A stretch of 64,000 bases of DNA from Azolla caroliniana (taxonomy: Eukaryota; Plantae; Polypodiophyta), in the NCBI GenBank assembly GCA_043228905.1, contig JBHGNT010000026.1, positions 248,001 to 312,000 on the forward strand, in the 5' to 3' direction. The notes below the pieces were generated by a model. That model was not told where the DNA came from. It made no database searches and saw nothing but the letters and a program-made list of their open reading frames with translations. A program made the position numbers and the translations under genes. Within the stretch, counting starts at the first letter, position 1, and each line of letters opens with the position of its first letter. This document shows positions 12,355 to 27,200 of this stretch, piece by piece.

Positions 12355-15300
12355 GATATCGGATTTTTGTGTTCAAACATGCGAAACGAAGCTAACAACG
12401 CTAGCTATGATATGGAATTAAAAAATCAAGATTTTGAAACTCATGTCGAGAGACATGACGAAATTAGCAACCTTGACGAGGGAGTTGAGAGGAGCCCTTG
12501 AGTAAATTAAAATGTTCATACCTAGCGACCGTGATATTGGATTTTTGTCTTCAAACATGCGAATCGAAGCTAACAACGCTAGCTATGATATGGAATTAAA
12601 AAATCAAGATTTTGAAACTGAGGTCGAGAGACATGACGAAATTAGCAACCTTGACAAGGGAGTTGAGAGGAGCCCTTGAGTAAATTAAAATGTTCATACC
12701 TAGCGAGCGTGATATCGGATTTCTGTGTTCAAACATGCGAATCGAAGCTAACAACACTAGCTATGATATGGAATTACAAAATCAAGATTTTGAAACTCCA
12801 GTCGAGAGACATGATGAAATTACCAAATTTGAGGAGTGAGGTTGGAAGAGCGTGTGAGTGAATTAAAATGTTCATACCTTGCTCGTGTGATATCGGATTT
12901 TTGTGTTCAAACATGCGAATTGAAGCTAACAGGTCGAGAGACATGACGAAATTAGCAACCTTGACGAGGGAGTTCAGAGTAGCCCTTGAGTAAATAAAAA
13001 TGTTCATACCTAGCTCGTGTGATATCGGATTTTTGTGTTCAAACATGCGAATCGAAGCTAACAACGCTAGCTATGATATGGAATTAAAAAATCAAGATTT
13101 TGAAACTCATGTCGAGAGACATGACGAAATTAGCAAATTTGAGGAGTGAGTTGAGAGGAGCCCTTGAGTAAATTAAAATGGTCATACCTAGCGAGTGTGA
13201 TATCGGATTTTTGTGTTCAAACATGCGAATCGAAGCTAACAACGCTAGCTATGATATGGAATTAAAAAATCAAGATTTTGAAACTCAGGTCGAGAGACAT
13301 GACGAAATTAGCAAATTTGAGGAGTGAGTTGAGAGGAGCCCTTGAGTAAATTAAAATGGTCATACCTAGCGAGTGTGATATCGGATTTTTGTGTACAAAC
13401 ATGCGAATCGAAGCTAAAAACGCTAGCTATGATATGGAATTGAAAAATCAAGATTTTGAAACTCAGGTCGAGAGACATGACGAAATTAGCAAATTTGAGG
13501 AGTGAGTTGAGAGGAGCCCTTGAGTAAATTAAAATGGTCATACCTAGCGAGTGTGATATCGGATTTTTGTGTTCAAACATGCGAATAGAAGCTAACAACG
13601 CTAGCTATGATATGGAATTAAAATATCAAGATTTTGAAACTCAGGTCGAGAGACATGACGAAATTTCCAAATTTGAGGAGGGAGTTGAGAAGAGCTAGTA
13701 GGTAAATTACAATGTTCATACCTGGTTCTTGTGATATCGGATTTCTGTGTTCAAACATGCGAATCGAAGCTAACAACACTAGCTATGATATGGAATTACA
13801 AAATCAAGATTTTGAAACTCCAGTCGAGAGACATGATGAAATTACCAAATTTGAGGAGTGAGGTTGGAAGAGCGTGTGAGTGAATTAAAATGTTCATACC
13901 TTGCTCGTGTGATATCGGATTTTTGTGTTCAAACATGCGAATTGAAGCTAACAGGTCGAGAGACATGACGAAATTAGCAACCTTGACGAGGGAGTTGAGA
14001 GTAGCCCTTGAGTAAATAAAAATGTTCATACCTAGTTCGTGTGATATCGGATTTTTGTGTTCAAACATGCGAATCGAAGCTAACAACGCTAGCTATGATA
14101 TGGAATTAAAAAATCAAGATTTTGAAACTAAGGTCGAGAGACATGACGAAATTAGCAAATTTGAGGAGTGAGTTGAGAGGAGCCCTTGAGTAAATTAAAA
14201 TGGTCATACCTAGCGAGTGTGATATCGGATTTTTGTGTTCAAACATGCGAATAGAAGCTAACAACGCTAGCTATGATATGGAATTAAAAAATCAAGTTTT
14301 TGTAATTCAGGTCGAGAGACATGACGAAATTTCCAAATTTGAGGAGGGAGTTAAGAAGAGCTAGTAGGTAAATTACAATGTTCATACCTGGTTCTTGTGA
14401 TATCGGATTTCTGTGTTCAAACATGCGAATCGAAGCTAACAACACTAGCTATGATATGGAATTACAAAATCAAGATTTTGAAACTCCAGTCGAGAGACAT
14501 GATGAAATTAGCAAATTTGAGGAGTGAGTTGAGAGGAGCCCTTGAGTAAATTAAAATGGTCATACCTAGCTCGTGTGATATCGGATTTTTGTGTACAAAC
14601 ATGCGAATCGAAGCTAACAATGCTAGCTATGATATGGAATTAAAAAATTAAGATTTTGAAACTAAGGTCGAGAGACATGACGAAATTAGCAACCTTGACG
14701 AGTGAGTTTAGAGGATCCCTTGAGTAAATTAAAATGGTTATACCTAGCTCGTGTGATATCGGATTTTTGTGTTCAAACATGCGAATCGAAGCTAACAACG
14801 CTAGCTATGATATGGAATTAAAAAATCAAGATTTTGAAAATCAGGTCGAGAGGCATGACGAAATTAGCAAATTTGAGGAGTGAGTTGAGAGGAGCCCTTG
14901 ACTAAATTAAAATGTTCATACCTAGCGAGCGTGATATCGGATTTTTGTGTTCAAACATGCGAATAGAAGCTAACAACGCTAGCTATGATATGGAATTAAA
15001 AAATCAAGTTTTTGTAATTCAGGTTGAGAGACATGACGAAATTTCCAAATTTGAGGAGGGAGTTAAGAAGAGCTATTAGGTAAATTACAATGTTGATACC
15101 TGGCTCGTGTGATATCGGATTTTTGTGTTCAAACATTGGAATCGAAGCTAACAACGCTAGCTATGATATGGTCTTAAAAAATCAAGATTTTGAAACTCAG
15201 GTCGAGAGACATGACGAAATTACCAACTTTGAGGAGTGAGTTGAGAGGAGCCCTTGAGTAAATTAAAATGGTCATACCTAGCGAGTGTGATATCGGATTT

Positions 15301-18250
15301 TTGTGTTCAAACATGCGAAACGAAGCTAACAACGCTAGCTATGATATGGAATTAAAAAATCAAGATTTTGAAACTGATGTCGAGAGACATGACGAAATTA
15401 GCAACCTTGACGAGGGAGTTGAGAGGAGCCCTTGAGTAAATTAAAATGTTCATACCTAGCGACCGTGATATTGGATTTTTGTCTTCAAACATGCGAATCG
15501 AAGCTAACAACGCTAGCTATGATATGGAATTAAAAAATCAAGATTTTGAAACTGAGGTCGAGAGACATGACGAAATTAGCAACCTTGACAAGGGAGTTGA
15601 GAGGAGCCCTTGAGTAAATTAAAATGTTCATACCTAGCGAGCGTGATATCGGATTTCTGTGTTCAAACATGCGAATCGAAGCTAACAACACTAGCTATGA
15701 TATGGAATTACAAAATCAAGATTTTGAAACTCCAGTCGAGAGACATGATGAAATTACCAAATTTGAGGAGTGAGGTTGGAAGAGCGTGTGAGTGAATTAA
15801 AATGTTCATACCTTGCTCGTGTGATATCGGATTTTTGTGTTCAAACATGCGAATTGAAGCTAACAGGTCGAGAGACATGACGAAATTAGCAACCTTGACG
15901 AGGGAGTTCAGAGTAGCCCTTGAGTAAATAAAAATGTTCATACCTAGCTCGTGTGATATCGGATTTTTGTGTTCAAACATGCGAATCGAAGCTAACAACG
16001 CTAGCTATGATATGGAATTAAAAAATCAAGATTTTGAAACTCATGTCGAGAGACATGACGAAATTAGCAAATTTGAGGAGTGAGTTGAGAGGAGCCCTTG
16101 AGTAAATTAAAATGGTCATACCTAGCGAGTGTGATATCGGATTTTTGTGTTCAAACATGCGAATCGAAGCTAACAACGCTAGCTATGATATGGAATTAAA
16201 AAATCAAGATTTTGAAACTCAGGTCGAGAGACATGACGAAATTAGCAAATTTGAGGAGTGAGTTGAGAGGAGCCCTTGAGTAAATTAAAATGGTCATACC
16301 TAGCGAGTGTGATATCGGATTTTTGTGTACAAACATGCGAATCGAAGCTAAAAACGCTAGCTATGATATGGAATTGAAAAATCAAGATTTTGAAACTCAG
16401 GTCGAGAGACATGACGAAATTAGCAAATTTGAGGAGTGAGTTGAGAGGAGCCCTTGAGTAAATTAAAATGGTCATACCTAGCGAGTGTGATATCGGATTT
16501 TTGTGTTCAAACATGCGAATAGAAGCTAACAACGCTAGCTATGATATGGAATTAAAATATCAAGATTTTGAAACTCAGGTCGAGAGACATGACGAAATTT
16601 CCAAATTTGAGGAGGGAGTTGAGAAGAGCTAGTAGGTAAATTACAATGTTCATACCTGGTTCTTGTGATATCGGATTTCTGTGTTCAAACATGCGAATCG
16701 AAGCTAACAACACTAGCTATGATATGGAATTACAAAATCAAGATTTTGAAACTCCAGTCGAGAGACATGATGAAATTACCAAATTTGAGGAGTGAGGTTG
16801 GAAGAGCGTGTGAGTGAATTAAAATGTTCATACCTTGCTCGTGTGATATCGGATTTTTGTGTTCAAACATGCGAATTGAAGCTAACAGGTCGAGAGACAT
16901 GACGAAATTAGCAACCTTGACGAGGGAGTTCAGAGTAGCCCTTGAGTAAATAAAAATGTTCATACCTAGCTCGTGTGATATCGGATTTTTGTGTTCAAAC
17001 ATGCGAATCGAAGCTAACAACGCTAGCTATGATATGGAATTAAAAAATCAAGATTTTGAAACTAAGGTCGAGAGACATGACGAAATTAGCAAATTTGAGG
17101 AGTGAGTTGAGAGGAGCCCTTGAGTAAATTAAAATGGTCATACCTAGCGAGTGTGATATCGGATTTTTGTGTTCAAACATGCGAATAGAAGCTAACAACG
17201 CTAGCTATGATATGGAATTAAAAAATCAAGTTTTTGTAATTCAGGTCGAGAGACATGACGAAATTTCCAAATTTGAGGAGGGAGTTAAGAAGAGCTAGTA
17301 GGTAAATTACAATGTTCATACCTGGTTCTTGTGATATCGGATTTCTGTGTTCAAACATGCGAATCGAAGCTAACAACACTAGCTATGATATGGAATTACA
17401 AAATCAAGATTTTGAAACTCCAGTCGAGAGACATGATGAAATTAGCAAATTTGAGGAGTGAGTTGAGAGGAGCCCTTGAGTAAATTAAAATGGTCATACC
17501 TAGCTCGTGTGATATCGGATTTTTGTGTACAAACATGCGAATCGAAGCTAACAATGCTAGCTATGATATGGAATTAAAAAATTAAGATTTTGAAACTAAG
17601 GTCGAGAGACATGACGAAATTAGCAACCTTGACGAGTGAGTTTAGAGGATCCCTTGAGTAAATTAAAATGGTTATACCTAGCTCGTGTGATATCGGATTT
17701 TTGTGTTCAAACATGCGAATCGAAGCTAACAACGCTAGCTATGATATGGAATTAAAAAATCAAGATTTTGAAAATCAGGTCGAGAGGCATGACGAAATTA
17801 GCAAATTTGAGGAGTGAGTTGAGAGGAGCCCTTGACTAAATTAAAATGTTCATACCTAGCGAGCGTGATATCGGATTTTTGTGTTCAAACATGCGAATAG
17901 AAGCTAACAACGCTAGCTATGATATGGAATTAAAAAATCAAGTTTTTGTAATTCAGGTTGAGAGACATGACGAAATTTCCAAATTTGAGGAGGGAGTTAA
18001 GAAGAGCTATTAGGTAAATTACAATGTTGATACCTGGCTCGTGTGATATCGGATTTTTGTGTTCAAACATTGGAATCGAAGCTAACAACGCTAGCTATGA
18101 TATGGTCTTAAAAAATCAAGATTTTGAAACTCAGGTCGAGAGACATGACGAAATTACCAACTTTGAGGAGTGAGTTGAGAGGAGCCCTTGAGTAAATTAA
18201 AATGGTCATACCTAGCGAGTGTGATATCGGATTTTTGTGTTCAAACATGC
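12355..18250. repeat. Tandem duplication of a 2934-bp HOR (15 x 178 + 2 x 132), containing an internal 1022-bp 6-mer period
   Basis: ORF pairs 12676/15610, 12774/15708, 13308/16242 and 13796/16730 are all offset by 2934. The deletion monomers within each unit lie 1022 bp apart. Confidence 0.92.
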
Positions 18251-21200
18251 GAATAGAAGCTAACAACGCTAGCTATGATATGGAATTAAAAAATCAAGTT
18301 TTTGTAATTCAGGTCGAGAGACATGACGAAATTTCCAAATTTGAGGAGGGAGTTAAGAAGAGCTATTAGGTAAATTACAATGTTGATACCTGGCTCGTGT
18401 GATATCGGAATTTTGTGTACAAACATGCGAATCGAAGCTAACAACGCTAGCTATGATATGGAATTAAAAAATCAAGATTTTGAAAATCAGGTCGAGAGGC
18501 ATGACGAAATTAGCAAATTTGAGGAGTGAGTTGAGAGGAGCCCTTGACTAAATTAAAATGTTCATACCTAGCGAGCGTGATATCGGATTTTTGTGTACAA
18601 ACATGCGAATCGAAGCTAACAACGCTAGCTATGATATGGAATTAAAAAATCAAGATTTTGAAACTCAGGTCGAGAGACATGACGAAATTAGCAACCTTGA
18701 CGAGGGAGTTGAGAGGAACCCTTGAGTAAATAAAAATGTTCATACCTAGCTCGTGTGATATCGGATTTTTGTGGTCAAACATTCGAATCGAAGCTAACAA
18801 CGCTAGCTATGATATGGAATTAAAAAATCAAGATTTTGAAACTCCAGGCGAGAGACATGACGAAATTACCAAATTTGAGGAGTGAGGTTGGAAGAGCGCG
18901 TGAGTGAATTAAAATGTTCATACCTGGCTCGTGTGATATCGGATTTTTGTGTTCAAACATGCGAATTGAAGCTAACAACGCTAGCTATGATATGGAATTA
19001 AAAAATCAAGATTTTGAAAATCATGTCGAGAGACATGACGAAATTAGCAACCTTGACGAGGGAGTTGAGAGGAGCCCTTGAGTAAATTAAAATGTTCATA
19101 CCTAGCGACCGTGATATCGGATTTTTGTGTTCAAACATACGAATCGAAGCTAACAACGCTAGCTATGATATGGAATTAAAAAATCAAGATTTTGAAACTG
19201 AGGTCGAGAGACATGACGAAATTAGCAACCTTGACAAGGGAGTTGAGAGGAGCCCTTGAGTAAATTAAAATGTTCATACCTAGCGAGCGTGATATCGGAT
19301 TTTTGTGTTCAAACATGTCAATCGAAGCTAACAACGCTAGCTATGATATGGAATTAAAAAATCAAGATTTTGAAACTCAGGTCGAGAGACATGACGAAAT
19401 TACCAAATTTGAGGGGTGAGTTGAGAGGAGCCCTTGAGTAAATTAAAATGGTCATACCTAGCGAGTGTGATATCGGATTTTTGTGTACAAACATGCGAAT
19501 CGAAGCTAACAACGCTAGCTATGATATGGAGTTAAAAAATCAAGATGTTGAAACTCAGGTCGAGAGACATGACGAAATTACCAAATTTGAGGAGGGAGTT
19601 AAGAAGAGCTATTAGGTAAATTAAAATGTTGATACCTGGCTCGTGTGATATCGGATTTCTGTGTTCAAACATTGGAATCGAAGCTAACAACGCTAGCTAT
19701 GATATAGAATTAAAAAATCAAGATTTTGAAACTCAGGTCGAGAGACATGACGAAATTAGCAAATTTGAGGAGTGAGTTGAGAGGAGCCCTTGAGTAAATT
19801 AAAATGGTCATTCCTAGCGAGTGTGATATCGGATTTTCGTGTACAAACATGCGAATCGAAGCTAACAATGCTAGCTATGATATGGAATTACTAAATTAAG
19901 ATTTTGAAACAAAGGTTGAGAGACATGACGAAAGTAGCAACCTTGACGAGTGAGTTTAGAGGAGCCCTTGAGTCAATTAAAATGGTTATACCTAGCGAGT
20001 GTGATATCGGATTTTTGTCTTCAAACATGCGAATCGAAGCTAACAACGCTAGCTATGATATGGAATTAAAAAAGCAAGATTTTGAAACTCAGGTCGAGAG
20101 ACATGACGAAATTAGCAAATTTGAGGAGTGAGTTGAGAGGAGCCCTTGAGTAAATTAAAATGGTCATACCTAGCGAGTGTGATATCGGATTTTTGTGTAC
20201 AAACATGCGAATCGAAGCTAACAACGCTAGCTATGATATGGAATTGAAAAATCAAGTTTTTGTAATTCAGGTCGAGAGACATGACGAAATTTCCAAATTT
20301 GAGGAGGGAGTTAAGAAGAGCTAGTAGGTAAATTACAATGTTCATACCTGGTTCTTGTGATATCGGATTTCTGTGTTCAAACATGCGAATCGAAGCTAAC
20401 AACACTAGCTATGATATGGAATTACAAAATCAAGATTTTGAAACTCCAGTCGAGAGACATGATGAAATTACCAAATTTGAGGAGTGAGTTGAGAGGAGCC
20501 CTTGAGTAAATTAAAATGGTCATACCTAGCTCGTGTGATATCGGATTTTTGTGTACAAACATGCGAATCGAAGCTAACAATGCTAGCTATGATATGGAAT
20601 TAAAAAATTAAGATTTTGAAACTAAGGTCGAGAGACATGACGAAATTAGCAACCTTGACGAGTGAGTTTAGAGGATCCCTTGAGTAAATTAAAATGGTTA
20701 TACCTAGCTCGTGTGATATCGGATTTTTGTGTTCAAACATGCGAATCGAAGCTAACAACGCTAGCTATGATATGGAATTAAAAAATCAAGATTTTGAAAC
20801 TCATGTCGAGAGACATGACGAAATTAGCAAATTTGAGGAGTGAGTTGAGAGGAGCCCTTGACTAAATTAAAATGTTCATACCTAGCGACTGTGATATCGG
20901 GTTTTTGTGTTCAAACATGCGAATCGAAGCTAACAACGCTAGCTATGATATCGAATTAAAAAATTAAGATTTTGAAACTAAGGTCGAGAGACATGACGAA
21001 ATTAGCAAATTTGAGGAGTGAGTTGAGAGGAGCCCTTGACTAAATTAAAATGTTCATACCTAGCGAGCGTGATATCGGATTTTTGTGTTCAAACATGCGA
21101 ATAGAAGCTAACAACGCTAGCTATGATATGGAATTAAAAAATCAAGTTTTTGTAATTCAGGTCGAGAGACATGACGAAATTTCCAAATTTGAGGAGGGAG

Positions 21201-24200
21201 TTAAGAAGAGCTATTAGGTAAATTACAATGTTGATACCTGGCTCGTGTGATATCGGATTTTTGTGTTCAAACATTGGAATCGAAGCTAACAACGCTAGCT
21301 ATGATATGGTCTTAAAAAATCAGGATTTTGAAACTCAGGTCGAGAGACATGACGAAATTACCAACTTTGAGGAGTGAGTTGAGAGGAGCCCTTGAGTAAA
21401 TTAAAATGGTCATACCTAGCGAGTGTGATATCGGATTTTTGTGTTCAAACATGCGAATAGAAGCTAACAACGCTAGCTATGATATGGAATTAAAAAATCA
21501 AGTTTTTGTAATTCAGGTCGAGAGACATGACGAAATTTCCAAATTTGAGGAGGGAGTTAAGAAGAGCTATTAGGTAAATTACAATGTTGATACCTGGCTC
21601 GTGTGATATCGGAATTTTGTGTACAAACATGCGAATCGAAGCTAACAACGCTAGCTATGATATGGAATTAAAAAATCAAGATTTTGAAAATCAGGTCGAG
21701 AGGCATGACGAAATTAGCAAATTTGAGGAGTGAGTTGAGAGGAGCCCTTGACTAAATTAAAATGTTCATACCTAGCGAGCGTGATATCGGATTTTTGTGT
21801 ACAAACATGCGAATCGAAGCTAACAACGCTAGCTATGATATGGAATTAAAAAATCAAGATTTTGAAACTCAGGTCGAGAGACATGACGAAATTAGCAACC
21901 TTGACGAGGGAGTTGAGAGGAGCCCTTGAGTAAATAAAAATGTTCATACCTAGCTCGTGTGATATCGGATTTTTGTGGTCAAACATGCGAATCGAAGCTA
22001 ACAACGCTAGCTATGATATGGAATTAAAAAATCAAGATTTGGAAACTCCAGGCGAGAGACATGACGAAATTACCAAATTTGAGGAGTGAGGTTGGAAGAG
22101 CGCGTGAGTGAATTAAAATGTTCATACCTGGCTCGTGTGATATCGGATTTTTGTGTTCAAACATGCGAATCGAAGCTAACAACGCTAGCTATGATATGGA
22201 TTTAAAATATCAAGATTTTGAAACTCAGGTCGAGAGACATGACGAAATTACCAACTTTGAGGAGTGAGTTGAGAGGAGTCCTTGAGTAAATTAAAATGTT
22301 CATACCTAGCGAGTGTGATATCGGAATTTTGTGTACAAACATGCGAATCGAAGCTAACAACGCTAGCTATGATATGGAATTAAAAAATCAAGATTTTGAA
22401 ACTCAGGTCGAGAGACATGACGAAATTTCCAAATTTGAGGAGGGAGTTGAGAAGAGCTAGTAGGTAAATTACAATGTTCATACCTGGTTCTTGTGATATC
22501 GGATTTTTGTGTTCAAACATGCGAATCGAAGCTAACAACACTAGCTATGATATGGAATTACAAAATCAAGATTTTGAAACTCCAGTCGAGAGACATGATG
22601 AAATTACCAAATTTGAGGAGTGAGGTTGGAAGAGCGCGTAAGTGAATTAAAATGTTCATACCTGGCTCGTGTGATATCGGATTTTTGTGTTCAAACATGC
22701 GAATCAAACCTAACAACGCTAGCTATGATATGGTCTTAAAAAATCAAGATTTTGAAACTCAGGTCGAGAGACATGACGAAATTACCAACTTTGAGGAGTG
22801 AGTTGAGAGGAGCCCTTGAATAAATTAAAATGGTCATACCTAGCTCGTGTGATATCGGATTTTTGTGTACAAACATGCGAATCGAAGCTAACAATGCTAG
22901 CTATGATATGGAATTAAAAAATTAAGATTTTGAAACTAAGGTCGAGAGACATGACGAAATTAGCAACATTGACGAGTGAGTTTAGAGGAGCCCTTGAGTA
23001 AATTAAAATGGTTATACCTAGCTCCTGTGATATCGGATTTTTGTGTTCAAACATGCGAATCGAAGCTAACAACGCTAGCTATGATATGGAATTAAAAAAT
23101 CAAGATTTTGAAACTCAGGTCGAGAGACATGACGAAATTAGCAAATTTGAGGAGTGAGTTGAGAGGAACCCTTGAGTAAATTAAAATGTTCATACCTAGC
23201 GACTGTGATATCGGGTTTTTGTGTTCAAACATGCGAATCGAAGCTAACAACGCTAGCTATGATATCGAATTAAAAAATTAAGATTTTGAAACTAAGGTCG
23301 AGAGACATGACGAAATTAGCAAATTTGAGGAGTGAGTTGAGAGGAACCCTTGAGTAAATTAAAATGTTCATACCTAGCGACTGTGATATCGGATTTTTGT
23401 GTACAAACATGCGAATCGAAGCTAACAATGCTAGCTATGATATGGAATTAAAAAATTAAGATTTTGAAACTAAGGTCGAGAGACATGACGAAATTAGCAA
23501 CCTTGACGAGTGAGTTTAGAGGATCCCTTGAGTAAATTAAAATGGTTATACCTAGCTCGTGTGATATCGGATTTTTGTGTTCAAACATGCGAATCGAAGC
23601 TAACAACGCTAGCTATGATATGGAATTAAAAAATCAAGATTTTGAAAATCAGGTCGAGAGGCATGACGAAATTAGCAAATTTGAGGAGTGAGTTGAGAGG
23701 AGCCCTTGACTAAATTAAAATGTTCATACCTAGCGAGCGTGATATCGGATTTTTGTGTTCAAACATGCGAATAGAAGCTAACAACGCTAGCTATGATATG
23801 GAATTAAAAAATCAAGTTTTTGTAATTCAGGTCGAGAGACATGACGAAATTTCCAAATTTGAGGAGGGAGTTAAGAAGAGCTATTAGGTAAATTACAATG
23901 TTGATACCTGGCTCGTGTGATATCGGATTTTTGTGTTCAAACATTGGAATCGAAGCTAACAACGCTAGCTATGATATGGTCTTAAAAAATCAAGATTTTG
24001 AAACTCAGGTCGAGAGACATGACGAAATTACCAACTTTGAGGAGTGAGTTGAGAGGAGCCCTTGAGTAAATTAAAATGGTCATACCTAGCGAGTGTGATA
24101 TCGGATTTTTGTGTTCAAACATGCGAATAGAAGCTAACAACGCTAGCTATGATATGGAATTAAAAAATCAAGTTTTTGTAATTCAGGTCGAGAGACATGA

Positions 24201-27200
24201 CGAAATTTCCAAATTTGAGGAGGGAGTTAAGAAGAGCTATTAGGTAAATTACAATGTTGATACCTGGCTCGTGTGATATCGGAATTTTGTGTACAAACAT
24301 GCGAATCGAAGCTAACAACGCTAGCTATGATATGGAATTAAAAAATCAAGATTTTGAAAATCAGGTCGAGAGGCATGACGAAATTAGCAAATTTGAGGAG
24401 TGAGTTGAGAGGAGCCCTTGACTAAATTAAAATGTTCATACCTAGCGAGCGTGATATCGGATTTTTGTGTACAAACATGCGAATCGAAGCTAACAACGCT
24501 AGCTATGATATGGAATTAAAAAATCAAGATTTTGAAACTCAGGTCGAGAGACATGACGAAATTAGCAACCTTGACGAGGGAGTTGAGAGGAGCCCTTGAG
24601 TAAATAAAAATGTTCATACCTAGCTCGTGTGATATCGGATTTTTGTGGTCAAACATGCGAATCGAAGCTAACAACGCTAGCTATGATATGGAATTAAAAA
24701 ATCAAGATTTTGAAACTCCAGGCGAGAGACATGACGAAATTACCAAATTTGAGGAGTGAGGTTGGAAGAGCGCGTGAGTGAATTAAAATGTTCATACCTG
24801 GCTCGTGTGATATCGGATTTTTGTGTTCAAACATGCGAATCGAAGCTAACAACGCTAGCTATGATATGGACTTAAAATATCAAGATTTTGAAACTCAGGT
24901 CGAGAGACATGACGAAATTACCAACTTTGAGGAGTGAGTTGAGAGGAGTCCTTGAGTAAATTAAAATGTTCATACCTAGCGAGTGTGATATCGGAATTTT
25001 GTGTACAAACATGCGAATCGAAGCTAACAACGCTAGCTATGATATGGAATTAAAAAATCAAGATTTTGAAACTCAGGTCGAGAGACATGACGAAATTTCC
25101 AAATTTGAGGAGGGAGTTAAGAAGAGCTAGTAGGTAAATTACAATGTTCATACCTGGTTCTTGTGATATCGGATTTTTGTGTTCAAACATGCGAATCGAA
25201 GCTAACAACACTAGCTATGATATGGAATTACAAAATCAAGATTTTGAAACTCCAGTCGAGAGACATGATGAAATTACCAAATTTGAGGAGTGAGGTTGGA
25301 AGAGCGCGTAAGTGAATTAAAATGTTCATACCTGGCTCGTGTGATATCGGATTTTTGTGTTCAAACATGCGAATCAAACCTAACAACGCTAGCTATGATA
25401 TGGTCTTAAAAAATCAAGATTTTGAAACTCAGGTCGAGAGACATGACGAAATTACCAACTTTGAGGAGTGAGTTGAGAGGAGCCCTTGAGTAAATTAAAA
25501 TGGTCATACCTAGCTCGTGTGATATCGGATTTTTGTGTACAAACATGCGAATCGAAGCTAACAATGCTAGCTATGATATGGAATTAAAAAATTAAGATTT
25601 TGAAACTAAGGTCGAGAGACATGACGAAATTAGCAAATTTGAGGAGTGAGTTGAGAGGAACCCTTGAGTAAATTAAAATGTTCATACCTAGCGACTGTGA
25701 TATCGGGTTTTTGTGTTCAAACATGCGAATCGAAGCTAACAACGCTAGCTATGATATCGAATTAAAAAATTAAGATTTTGAAACTAAGGTCGAGAGACAT
25801 GACGAAATTAGCAAATTTGAGGAGTGAGTTGAGAGGAACCCTTGAGTAAATTAAAATGTTCATACCTAGCGACTGTGATATCGGATTTTTGTGTTCAAAC
25901 ATGCGAATCGAAGCTAACAACCCTAGCTATGATATGGAATTACAAAATCAAGATTTTGAAACTCCAGTCGAGAGACATGACGAAATTACCAAATTTGAGG
26001 AGGGAGTTGAGAAGAGCTAGTAGGTAAATTACAATGTTCATACCTGGTTCTTGTCATATCGGATTTTTGTGTTCAAACATGCGAATCGAAGCTAACAACC
26101 CTAGCTATGATATGGAATTACAAAATCAAGATTTTGAAACTCCAGTCGAGAGACATGATGAAATTACCAAATTTGAGGAGTGAGGTTGGAAGAGCGCGTG
26201 AGTGAATTAAAATGTTCATACCTGGCTCGTGTGATATCGGATTTTTGTGTTCCAACATGCGAATCCAAGCTAACGACGCTAGCTATGATATGGAATTGAA
26301 AAATCAAGATTTTGAAACACAGGTCGAGACACATGACGAAATTACCAAATTTGAGGAGTGAGTTGAGAGGAGCCCTTGAGTAAATTAAAATGGTCATACC
26401 TAGCGAGTGTGATATCGGATTTTTGTGTACAAACATGCGAATCGAAGCTAACAACGCTAGCTATGATATGGAGTTAAAAAATCAAGATTTTGAAACTCAG
26501 GTCGAGAGACATGACGAAATTACCAAATTTGAGGAGGGAGTTAAGAAGAGCTATTAGGTAAATTAAAATGTTGATACCTGGCTCGTGTGATATCGGATTT
26601 CTGTGTTCAAACATTGGAATCGAAGCTAACAACGCTAGCTATGATATAGAATTAAAAAATCAAGATTTTGAAACTCAGGTCGAGAGACATGACGAAATTA
26701 GCAAATTTGAGGAGTGAGTTGAGAGGAGCCCTTGAGTAAATTAAAATGGTCATTCCTAGCGAGTGTGATATCGGATTTTCGTGTACAAACATGCGAATCG
26801 AAGCTAACAATGCTAGCTATGATATGGAATTACTAAATTAAGATTTTGAAACAAAGGTTGAGAGACATGACGAAAGTAGCAACCTTGACGAGTGAGTTTA
26901 GAGGAGCCCTTGAGTCAATTAAAATGGTTATACCTAGCGAGTGTGATATCGGATTTCTGTGTTCAAACATGCGAATCGAAGCTAACAACACTAGCTATGA
27001 TATGGAATTACAAAATCAAGATTTTGAAACTCCAGTCGAGAGACATGATGAAATTACCAAATTTGAGGAGTGAGTTGAGAGGAGCCCTTGAGTAAATTAA
27101 AATGGTCATACCTAGCTCGTGTGATATCGGATTTTTGTGTTCAAACATGCGAATCGAAGCTAACAATGCTAGCTATGATATGGAATTAAAAAATTAAGAT

